DNA of 64,000 nt from Bacillota bacterium. Its GTDB lineage: Bacteria; Bacillota; Clostridia; Lachnospirales; Anaerotignaceae. Both the position numbers and the translations under genes were made by a program. The stretch lies in NCBI GenBank assembly GCA_017534115.1, contig JAFWDD010000065.1:2142-66141 (forward strand), written 5' to 3'. Within the stretch, counting starts at the first letter, position 1. Every line of letters begins with the position of its first letter. Shown here piece after piece: positions 17,893-26,393 of this stretch. The notes beneath the pieces are model-generated. The model was not told the DNA's origin. It searched no databases and was given only the letters and a program-made list of their open reading frames with translations.

Positions 17893-20037
17893 ATGAAGAA
17901 AAAAAATTTTCTTGTTGCAGTAATGTTAGTGATGCTGATTCTGCTTAGCACTATAGGAACAGCGTTTGCAACGGAGTACTCGCCCATCGATCCTGATGAT
18001 CAGGGAAAAAGCAGCCTTATTGGCGGAGACACATTAGCCTTTACTGATGATACGGTATGGGCAAACCTGACTGCACGCTGGGGCGTGCGCGTCATCTTTC
18101 AGGATGGTGATGAATGGAGCAACGCAGAACTGAAGAGCGAGCTGATCCCGGTGACGGACAGCGCAGCCGGCAGCACAACTACACCAGACGATCCGATCCA
18201 TGAGGGCTGGACGTTTAACGGCTGGGAAAGGGTCGATACCAACAACGGCTCATCAACCCTGAATGACGACGGAACGGTGACCGGCATAAACGGCCCGGGA
18301 CCTATCATCTATCAGGCAGTGTATGAGCCGATCCCGCCCAAGACCGGCGGCCTGACTGTGAGTAAGACAATCAGTGGCGACGCAGCTGACGCTACACATG
18401 CGTTCACCTTCACCGTGACCCTTTCCGATACAACGGTCAGCGGCGAGTTTGGCGATATGGCCTTTGAAGAAGGTATTGCTACCTTCAAGCTGAAGGGTGG
18501 AGAGCGTATAACAGCGGAGGGACTGCCTGCTGGAGCAAGCTACGTCGTTGTTGAAAGCGATAACCGTGGCTATAGAATTACAAAGACCGGCGATACTGGT
18601 GAAATCGTAGACGGCAAAACTGTAGTTGCGGCTTTTACCAACATAAGGAACAGCTCTTCTCCATCTGACTCGGACGATCCCCCCGTGGCGCCCAAAATCG
18701 GCAGTTTGACTATTAGCAAGACGGTTTTAGGAACAGCCAGTGATATGGATAAAGCATTTACTTTCACGGTAACTTTCAGTTCCAGCGGAACATACAGTTA
18801 TACAGGCAGCAAGAGCGGAACAATTCACAGCGGCGGCACGGTGCAACTGAAGGATGGTGAATCCATAACAATCAGCGGCATTCCTGCTGATACAAGCTAT
18901 ATGGTTGCGGAAAGCGACAACGAAGGATACGAAGTTTACAAGAGCGGAGATACGGGAACGATTGCCGCTAATAGCACATCAACGGCATCATTCAGGAACA
19001 GACATGAAGCAGCTCCGCCTCCAATCGATGATCCAAATAAATCGGATGCGCCAGACGAGCGTCCGACTGACCCTTTCAAGCCTGACAATCCGGATAAGCC
19101 GAATAAACCGGTTACACCGCCTACAACATCCAATCCGCCGAACGATCCAGGCACTCCCAATCAGCCAAATGAACCCTGCACACCTGACACTCCGAGCGAG
19201 TCTGTGACGCCGCAGACCGGAGATAACAGCAACATGACGCTGTGGCTCGGCATTCTTCTGACTTCCTTCGGCGGGATGATCGTCTGCCTCGTGCTGTTCA
19301 GAAAGAAGAAGCATGTGGGCAATCATACAAACATGCTTCTGATTCTAATGCTTGTAGGCATAATTGCCTTCTCCGGCTTTAGCGCAACCAATGCCTTTGC
19401 TGCAGAAGATAGCACCACCGGTTATACATACGGTCAGTATGACATGACCTACCTGCCTGGCACCACGGATACCGTGACCAATATGCCCGAAAACGAGACG
19501 AGCCTTACTCCTGGCGCTAACAACCCTTATACCATCTCTTCCACTGTTCCTATGCGCGAAGGCTTTGAGTTCATAGACTGGACGCTCACTTGGGGAACCA
19601 TGGAAAAGCCTATCCCTCTGACGGACTATGTAGTGAAGTATCTGGATATTGACACGCTAGAACCTGTAACAGAAGATAAGACCGTAACTGGCCTTGAGGT
19701 CGGAACGTCTGTAAACGAGAACGCTGTTGGAGTGGATGGTTATACAGCTCTTGATCCGACAGAAGCTACTCTAGTGCTGGCTGAAAACGGCAACGAGATC
19801 ATATTCTATTATAAGAAGCAACCAGTTCTGACATCATACACAATATACTACCTTGACGCAAATACTGAAGAAATGATTTCACCTCCTAAAATCAAAACGA
19901 ATGTCCCAATAGGTGATTCTATTACAGAATATGCAGTCGAAGTCTCCGATTATTATCCTATAGGTACAAGTATTAACTTTACAACAAAAGAAAGTGGGAA
20001 CGAGTATAAGTTTTACTATCTTTTTAAAGAAGATTAA
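17893..20037 (+). CDS. Surface protein with an internal PQTG sorting signal followed by a second signal-like segment and MucBP-like repeats
   Basis: Signal peptide, GWTFNGW Listeria-Bacteroides-type repeat, two pilin-isopeptide-type domains (TVSKTISGDAADATHAFTFTVTLSD..., TISKTVLGTASDMDKAFTFTVTFSS...) and a Pro-rich stalk. Then VTPQTG (19204-19221), a TM segment and RKKKH. The same frame continues into MLLILMLVGIIAFSGFSATNAFAAE and 230 more aa. Confidence 0.8.
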   Translation: MKKKNFLVAVMLVMLILLSTIGTAFATEYSPIDPDDQGKSSLIGGDTLAFTDDTVWANLTARWGVRVIFQDGDEWSNAELKSELIPVTDSAAGSTTTPDDPIHEGWTFNGWERVDTNNGSSTLNDDGTVTGINGPGPIIYQAVYEPIPPKTGGLTVSKTISGDAADATHAFTFTVTLSDTTVSGEFGDMAFEEGIATFKLKGGERITAEGLPAGASYVVVESDNRGYRITKTGDTGEIVDGKTVVAAFTNIRNSSSPSDSDDPPVAPKIGSLTISKTVLGTASDMDKAFTFTVTFSSSGTYSYTGSKSGTIHSGGTVQLKDGESITISGIPADTSYMVAESDNEGYEVYKSGDTGTIAANSTSTASFRNRHEAAPPPIDDPNKSDAPDERPTDPFKPDNPDKPNKPVTPPTTSNPPNDPGTPNQPNEPCTPDTPSESVTPQTGDNSNMTLWLGILLTSFGGMIVCLVLFRKKKHVGNHTNMLLILMLVGIIAFSGFSATNAFAAEDSTTGYTYGQYDMTYLPGTTDTVTNMPENETSLTPGANNPYTISSTVPMREGFEFIDWTLTWGTMEKPIPLTDYVVKYLDIDTLEPVTEDKTVTGLEVGTSVNENAVGVDGYTALDPTEATLVLAENGNEIIFYYKKQPVLTSYTIYYLDANTEEMISPPKIKTNVPIGDSITEYAVEVSDYYPIGTSINFTTKESGNEYKFYYLFKED

Positions 20038-20157
20038 AACAGATTATTATTAATATAGAATAATTCTTAACCACATTGAGCAGTAAATCAGCACTTAAAT
20101 GAGCGGATCAGCTTTGTCACAGAAAGGCATAGGCTTTAAAACATGGAGGAAGAATGA

Positions 20158-20952
20158 ATGAACAAAAGGAAAAAGATTGGTATACGGACACTTTTCTTTC
20201 TGTCTTGTATCGTCTTCCTTTTCAGCGGATATATGCTGCTCCGCAATGCAGTAAAGTACATGGCGGCGACAGACACCTATCAGGCACTACGAACAGAAGT
20301 TCAAAGTAGCACTCTCACTGTCACATGGAAAGGATCGGCAAAGAATGGAGAAATAAACGAAGTAAAAACTGTACTGGAGCCACTTGTATCTATGGACTTT
20401 TCCTCTTTGCTGGAAATCAATCCGGAGATCGTCGCTTGGATCAGAATCGAAGGAACCAATATTGACTACCCCGTTATGCAAACAGTTAACAACATCTATT
20501 ATCTAACACACATGTATAACGGGGAATATAACAACAGCGGCTCCATCTTTATGGATTACCGCTGCAATGCAGATTTTTCAGACAAAAACACTGTTTTCTA
20601 TGGTCACCACATGAGAAACTCAACCATGTTCGGTGATCTGGAGAAATACAAAAGCCAGGAGTTCTATGATTATAACCCCAACATAACAATATTCACACCA
20701 GAAGGAGACTTTGTCATCGAACTTATTTCTGGAACTGTCGAGAACGGCAACTACGAATTTGTTCGGTTTGATTTAGAAAACGACGATGATTTTCTAAGCT
20801 ACATAGACGAACTGAGACGCCGATCCACCTTTACAAGCGACGTGGAAGTGCGGGCAGACGATCAAATCATATGCCTCTGCACATGTTCCTACGAATGGAA
20901 CAATGCAAGGTATATGGTGGTTGGGCGTCTGGTACGGTTATATCAGCAGTAA
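20158..20952 (+). CDS. srtB: Class B sortase
   Basis: N-terminal TM segment, NTVFYGHHMRNSTMFGDL, and LCTCSYEWNNARYMVVGRL with the Cys and Arg. GGAGGA lies 7 nt upstream. Confidence 0.8.
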   Translation: MNKRKKIGIRTLFFLSCIVFLFSGYMLLRNAVKYMAATDTYQALRTEVQSSTLTVTWKGSAKNGEINEVKTVLEPLVSMDFSSLLEINPEIVAWIRIEGTNIDYPVMQTVNNIYYLTHMYNGEYNNSGSIFMDYRCNADFSDKNTVFYGHHMRNSTMFGDLEKYKSQEFYDYNPNITIFTPEGDFVIELISGTVENGNYEFVRFDLENDDDFLSYIDELRRRSTFTSDVEVRADDQIICLCTCSYEWNNARYMVVGRLVRLYQQ

Positions 20953-21005
20953 AAACGCAGAAATTATCAGATAAAAATTAATAGCCTTCTATTGTAGTAG
21001 GAGTA

Positions 21006-21335
21006 TTGTATATCCAAATCCCTTTTTATACGGATGGCTTCCGCATTCTGTTGAAAGAGCACAATCTAACATGCGCAGAAACACTATTACGCCTAAAAAT
21101 GGATAATTACATGTGTATCTATGCCGTTTTCATTGCTAAAGATATATGTAAAGTCATCGATTGCATTATAGAAGGCAAATCCATTAACAAGCAAAGGTAT
21201 AATTTGGAGAATCGAATGACGGACGGATACCCGAAAAAACTATTACTCAATACTATAGCAGATTTGAGTATGTTTATACCTAAACCAGCGGATTTGTTAA
21301 TTTGTCGGAAAAAGCATTTTATCAAGCAGTTATAA
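21006..21335 (+). CDS. Hypothetical ORF, possibly a decayed gene fragment
   Basis: Only the ORF itself supports this call. The TTG start has poor SD spacing and I recognise no motif. It may be one gene with 21302-21520, split by a frameshift near the A-run at about 21310. Confidence 0.25.
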   Translation: MYIQIPFYTDGFRILLKEHNLTCAETLLRLKMDNYMCIYAVFIAKDICKVIDCIIEGKSINKQRYNLENRMTDGYPKKLLLNTIADLSMFIPKPADLLICRKKHFIKQL

Positions 21336-21520
21336 ATGATGATAAGGGCTTTGCCATACAGAACGGACATAAATTGCCAGAAATGCGATATGAACCTTTG
21401 ACAGAATTCGCAAAGACATTAAAGGCATTCTGCCATTTTGTAAAACTACACTGCAATATACTTTATGATGTTGTTGAGAGCAAGGCTAGGTTTGAGCAAG
21501 AACATCAAGTTAATGAATAG
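21302..21520 (+). CDS. Hypothetical small ORF immediately upstream of the TIR gene
   Basis: The ORF ends 11 nt before the TIR start codon. I recognise no motif. Confidence 0.3.
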   Translation: MSEKAFYQAVINDDKGFAIQNGHKLPEMRYEPLTEFAKTLKAFCHFVKLHCNILYDVVESKARFEQEHQVNE

Positions 21521-21531
21521 GAGTGAAGTTA

Positions 21532-22302
21532 ATGAGTAATACTAATAACTTTATAGCGCAAGTTAATGATTTTATATCTCAAGGTGAAAAAATTATGAAA
21601 GAGGAATATCACGTAACCACTCCCGGACTGATAATGCCAGATTCTATCGGTGGTCCAAAATCAGATCAATGGTTTAATGAGATAAACATATTTAACAGCA
21701 GAACTTTAATTAATCATCCACTACATAATCAGATTGATGAAGTGTGTAAAAATCATAAGTATTCATGGACTACTGCTCACGAAGATATGATGGGATACTT
21801 GAAAGCACTCGCCTCGGATGATGTATTTTGGAGAGAAATTGAAGCAGAAGCAAGTGCAGAAGGAAGGAAATCAGTAATGTCATATGATGTTTTTATTTCA
21901 CATGCAAACGCAGACAAAATAGAATATGTGGATCAGTTGAAACAGTCACTTGATAGACTCAGCATTAGCATTTTCTATGATAAAGACACTTTGAAATGGG
22001 GCGACAATTGGAAGGAAATGATTTTAAAAGGCATTAAACAAGCAGAATTTGCGATAATCGTTATCTCAGAGAATTTCTTTGGCCGTGAATGGACTGAGAA
22101 AGAATTAAATGAATTATTGAATCGGCAAAATTCAAACGGGCAGAAGATAATACTGCCAATTCTTCATAAAATTACCCTCTCCCAGCTAACGGAGAAATAT
22201 CCTGCTGTAGCAGATATTCAAGCTCTCGACTCAGCAAAGTATACTTGTGACGAAATCGCGGTTAAGTTTGCCGGTGAACTCATTAAGCGTTTGAAAACAT
22301 GA
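21532..22302 (+). CDS. TIR-domain protein with an unassigned ~120-aa N-terminal region
   Basis: The C-terminal half reads YDVFISHANADKIEYV...FYDKDTLKWGDNW...AEFAIIVISENFFGREWTEKELNELL...ILPILH, the bacterial TIR pattern. Start placed at ATG 21532, with AGGAG 8 nt upstream. Confidence 0.8.
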   Translation: MSNTNNFIAQVNDFISQGEKIMKEEYHVTTPGLIMPDSIGGPKSDQWFNEINIFNSRTLINHPLHNQIDEVCKNHKYSWTTAHEDMMGYLKALASDDVFWREIEAEASAEGRKSVMSYDVFISHANADKIEYVDQLKQSLDRLSISIFYDKDTLKWGDNWKEMILKGIKQAEFAIIVISENFFGREWTEKELNELLNRQNSNGQKIILPILHKITLSQLTEKYPAVADIQALDSAKYTCDEIAVKFAGELIKRLKT

Positions 22303-22989
22303 ACTATTTTGTATTTACAGATGAAGCGAGTACATACAAGCGCCGCCCCAGTGATGCGCATATCCTATGCCATCCGTTTTACATACACTCAAATGCCCTA
22401 ATGGATATTGACGATTACCGGCAATATCAGATCGAGGTGCAGCACATTGGTTGCAAGTACGAACCCCCTTTCGATGATTAACTTAAGTGGTCGGATTTGT
22501 GAAGAAAAAGAAAAAATCCTCGTAATTATTTGATTGCACAGATGCCGGAGAATCGCTTAAAATGATACTATCGAAATATTTTTGAAACGGCAGTCGGAAA
22601 AGAATCCACGCGGTTCATGTTTACTGTAACAGATATCGCAGGTCGGACATTTGACCTGAACAATGATACTGTGTATCGGTTCCATATGCAAGATGCTTTT
22701 CAGCTAATACAGATGGATATGGGTACAGACGATTTTGCAACCTTCGAGATTGATGAACTGAATGAAGGTACAATCAAATAACTAAAAGCAGTTTGTCACG
22801 AGTTTACTGTCAACGGTGATTTCGTAAAATATAAGAACATATATCATGAGGTTCTGGCTGAAAACAGCTCAATAGCCCAGGCATACAGCTTGCCGACTAT
22901 TCAGCTGGTGTAATGAACGGATATATACGCGGAATGATCGTCTCCCGGGAAATTATCAGTTTACTACGGATTTATATAATGAATTTATA
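22299..22989 (+). pseudogene. Decayed DUF3800-like gene
   Basis: It starts MNYFVFTDEAS (DUF3800-like N-terminus) but stops after 60 codons. The family's PGIQLADYSAG motif appears at 22876-22908 in a different frame. Several frame changes and stops lie in between. Confidence 0.55.
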
Positions 22990-23122
22990 AAACCGCGTAT
23001 TCGTTGTTATAATAACAAAAAATCGTTGGATACGGTGTGGTGGGTATCCCGAAAAATACACCTTTTAGAAAACAACTGGATTCAATTTTAATGTGTAAAT
23101 AATACATGAAAATAATAAAAAG

Positions 23123-23161
23123 AAATGGCTATATAAAGCATAAAGCTCAATATAGCCATTT
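23123..23161. terminator. Bidirectional terminator between convergent transcription units
   Basis: AAATGGCTATAT / ATATAGCCATTT forms a 12-bp stem. It is flanked by an A-run upstream and TTTTC downstream. Confidence 0.6.
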
Positions 23162-23418
23162 TTCTATGTTCATTCCTCTTGAAGACATCGCTAATTACAG
23201 TTAAAGGAGTTTTGCATAATGACAACAAATAAATACCGCCATCTGTACGCCATACTCATGTATAAGATTCAAACGATTATAATCTATTTGCCCAGAATTG
23301 TCAAATTCTATTCTACTTCATTTTACATTTCAGGAATTGACCCGTAACATATGTTATTTGATATAATTCGAACGCTTTTTATGTACATAATGAATCTCCA
23401 TAGCTTCAAGTAAATAAT

Positions 23419-26229
23419 TTAAGACTTCATATACTTTGCCAATTCCTTAAAGGCTTTCGGGAATTTTTTCTTTCTGTCTTCAAAATTATAAGGAATCCAA
23501 ATGTCATCACCCAAATATTCTTTTATCACATTAAGCATGACGTTGTTTTCGCCAAGGCGCTCAATAACATTTAGCTTAATTTCTTCAATCATAAAAATAT
23601 TGTTAGAATCTAATTTACATTCATCAAAAGGAATTGTTGTATTACATCCATCAAACTCAAATCCATAAAAAAGTGCACTTGCATCATATTTTTTACTATA
23701 TTTTAAATTGTCGTCAATAACAGTATGACGATTTCTTTTATTGAATTCTTCTTTAATTTCCCACCTTTGCAAAAGTTTTTTATGAGTAATATAAGCGGAT
23801 GTATCATACAGCCCTAATTCAACTGCTCTGCTTCTATTCAAAACAAAAGGTGCTTTAATATTTAATTCAGCAATATTTTCGTTATAATCAATTCTAAGTT
23901 GTGGGTCAGTATCAATAAATACAATATGCTCTGTATTTGCAGCCACCACAAAAGCCGGACAAAACAAGGTGAATCCATCTTTAGTTAGGAGATAATTTAT
24001 ATCATGTAACAGAAGTTTTCCTAAGTTATTGTCGCTACCTTTTGTATTGAATCTATAATAAGTATAATCTTCTGCTTCTGAATTACATATTAATAATCTC
24101 GCTAATATATACTTATATAATTCTTTTATGACACCTTTTTCATCGGGAAATTCAAGAATTTTTTTCCGAGATAAATCTAATTTAAGCCTGCATTTTTTAT
24201 CGACAACCGAAACGCTTGGTACCCATACTAAAAGGCCAAGTCCTTCACCCATTGAATATGGTTCTATTTCCGGAACGACAATTCCGTTGCAATAGTATTT
24301 TTCTAAATCATTGCTATTAACATAATTAACGTATCCGTGATTTCCTGTATATCTCCATCTAAGACTTTCATATTCTGAACTTTCAAAAATAAACCAATCT
24401 TCATTTGCCACATCATTATTTTGTGGAACGAATATTCTTTTCGCATAAGGATTCATTTCGTTTCCATCAAAATAATATCGAACATCAGGATCTTTAAAAA
24501 CATACCACTCATACCACTTTATGTCAGACGGTTTTTCTTCACCCTTAAGGTGTTTTATGGCTTTATCACTAAGCTTAATGACAATTCTTGTTCCAATATG
24601 ATCAAACTTCTTGCGTTCAATATTTATGACGTTGTTATCCATACCAAAATCAAAGGAATATCCCAAATTCTCGTCAATATGTTTTGTCTCCACATGAATG
24701 GAGATTCCCAGCAAAAACCCGGCCAAAACGCCAATTCCGAATTTGCCTGTCCGTACAACGTTGGCGGTCTTTCCATCCTCGGGCGCAAAATTCTTTTTCC
24801 ACGAATCGCTGTTGCGGAAGGAAGCGCCTATCGTAAGGAAATAATTCAGCAGGATGTCCTCGTTCATGCCTGTTCCATTGTCGGTTATTGTAAAAATTTT
24901 CTTTTTTGTATCAATATTTATAACCACTTTGGGGATATATTCAGTATTCCCTTTACCTTCCTCAAGCTTTTTTCTTTCTCGACAAGCATCTACCGCATTT
25001 TGGAGAAGCTCGCGAACACCATAACTGGGGTCATCTCCGTAAAGAGGGGCTATGAGAAGCTTTACTATGTCATGGTTTACTTTGATTTTGGATTCTTTAA
25101 TAACAAATTTTTTATTAAAATCATCTCTTGAGAACTTATCCAAAATATTGCTGGTAATCCTGTGAATTGACAATTTATATACGTCAGCTGTATATTTTTC
25201 TGCCAACAAAGCCCAAGAAAGGTCAATTTCTCGCTGTACGGCCTTTAACCATTGCTCTATTTTATTGAATTTCTGCGAGTTATCAGGATCAGCGTGAATA
25301 TTAAGCCCTTGTGATAAATCATCCCAACAATTATCATCAAAATTAATGCATTGGTTCCATTTCCACTCGTCTTTCGAAAGGGGAACCTCAATCTCCTGCC
25401 TATGCTCGAGCACAATGGGTGCGCGATGTTCGCCTGCATCAAGGTAATCTGCCAGTCTAAGCACCGACATTAAATAGAAAACAGGAATATCTTTTATTTT
25501 GCCAAAGAAAATAGCATTTCTCCCGTAGTTCTCCTTTATGTAATCTTCAGTCTCCAACATATTCATACCATGGCTTCTTGCAATAAGGCCTATAATATCT
25601 TTGTAATCATCAAGCTCTCCTGTATTTATAAATATATCCTCCGTTTTACTTCCGGGGAATCCTTCCAAAGCAATATGATGTGACAAGCGAGGATGATACC
25701 GGCGGAAAAATTCGCCATACACCCTAATATCCTCTTTATTTATAGCAGATATATCCATTTTATCAAAATCAACAGGATGGCTTTGATTAAACATATTTAT
25801 AAGCTGACGGTCATTAAACCTCTTTACCTCTTTTTTATACTCTTCCCATGCCTCTTCCCATGTGAGCTTATCGAGAGGCTCAATTTTACATCCGGAAAAC
25901 TCTCCTGCAAGAAGCTTTTCAACTCCGGCGTCAGTAATAAACATGCCCAAATCATGTGCAGCGATTGACCCGATAAGCACAGCTATATCGCGAGGCTTCA
26001 GCTTCTTCATAGTTTCATCGGGTATGAGCTTGTCCGCCAATTCAAGAGTTTTCTCTATGTGGATTGTTCCATGTGAGGTATAATCAGGGAAAAACTCAGG
26101 CGAACCAGCATAATAGTTTTCTACATTTTCCAGTATCTTAACTGCATCCCCATGCCAAGTTCCGTTTTTACTCGAACTTGATTCTTCAAGCAGCTTGTCT
26201 TTTAATCGGTTAGGTATAGCTATCGTCAT
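23419..26229 (-). CDS. HD-domain + GHKL (Hsp90/MORC-type) ATPase fusion protein, 936 aa
   Basis: HD signature SHGTIHIEKT...AAHDLGM...RRYHPRLSH...LRLADYLD in aa ~50-270. GHKL motifs VRELLQNAVDA, ITDNGTGM and TGKFGIGV in aa ~405-510. The last ~400 aa are unassigned. Confidence 0.8.
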   Translation of the reverse strand: MTIAIPNRLKDKLLEESSSSKNGTWHGDAVKILENVENYYAGSPEFFPDYTSHGTIHIEKTLELADKLIPDETMKKLKPRDIAVLIGSIAAHDLGMFITDAGVEKLLAGEFSGCKIEPLDKLTWEEAWEEYKKEVKRFNDRQLINMFNQSHPVDFDKMDISAINKEDIRVYGEFFRRYHPRLSHHIALEGFPGSKTEDIFINTGELDDYKDIIGLIARSHGMNMLETEDYIKENYGRNAIFFGKIKDIPVFYLMSVLRLADYLDAGEHRAPIVLEHRQEIEVPLSKDEWKWNQCINFDDNCWDDLSQGLNIHADPDNSQKFNKIEQWLKAVQREIDLSWALLAEKYTADVYKLSIHRITSNILDKFSRDDFNKKFVIKESKIKVNHDIVKLLIAPLYGDDPSYGVRELLQNAVDACRERKKLEEGKGNTEYIPKVVINIDTKKKIFTITDNGTGMNEDILLNYFLTIGASFRNSDSWKKNFAPEDGKTANVVRTGKFGIGVLAGFLLGISIHVETKHIDENLGYSFDFGMDNNVINIERKKFDHIGTRIVIKLSDKAIKHLKGEEKPSDIKWYEWYVFKDPDVRYYFDGNEMNPYAKRIFVPQNNDVANEDWFIFESSEYESLRWRYTGNHGYVNYVNSNDLEKYYCNGIVVPEIEPYSMGEGLGLLVWVPSVSVVDKKCRLKLDLSRKKILEFPDEKGVIKELYKYILARLLICNSEAEDYTYYRFNTKGSDNNLGKLLLHDINYLLTKDGFTLFCPAFVVAANTEHIVFIDTDPQLRIDYNENIAELNIKAPFVLNRSRAVELGLYDTSAYITHKKLLQRWEIKEEFNKRNRHTVIDDNLKYSKKYDASALFYGFEFDGCNTTIPFDECKLDSNNIFMIEEIKLNVIERLGENNVMLNVIKEYLGDDIWIPYNFEDRKKKFPKAFKELAKYMKS

Positions 26230-26393
26230 AAAACCCCGCCTTTATGCAAAAAAATCACCAATTTATCTTTTGTATAAATATACCATATTTTTCCGATTTT
26301 TTCAACATTTCCCCCGTAAATTCGACACAAATTGACAATAAATGGCAAGATAGGTATAATTGAAATATATTGCCTGCAAAGGAGGGGATCCCT

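Noticed and set aside
24421-25131. 236-aa plus-strand ORF inside the HD-GHKL gene
   Set aside because: It is antisense to a gene with clear GHKL motifs. It is AT-rich and low-complexity (Phe/Ile/Lys-rich) with no start-site signals.
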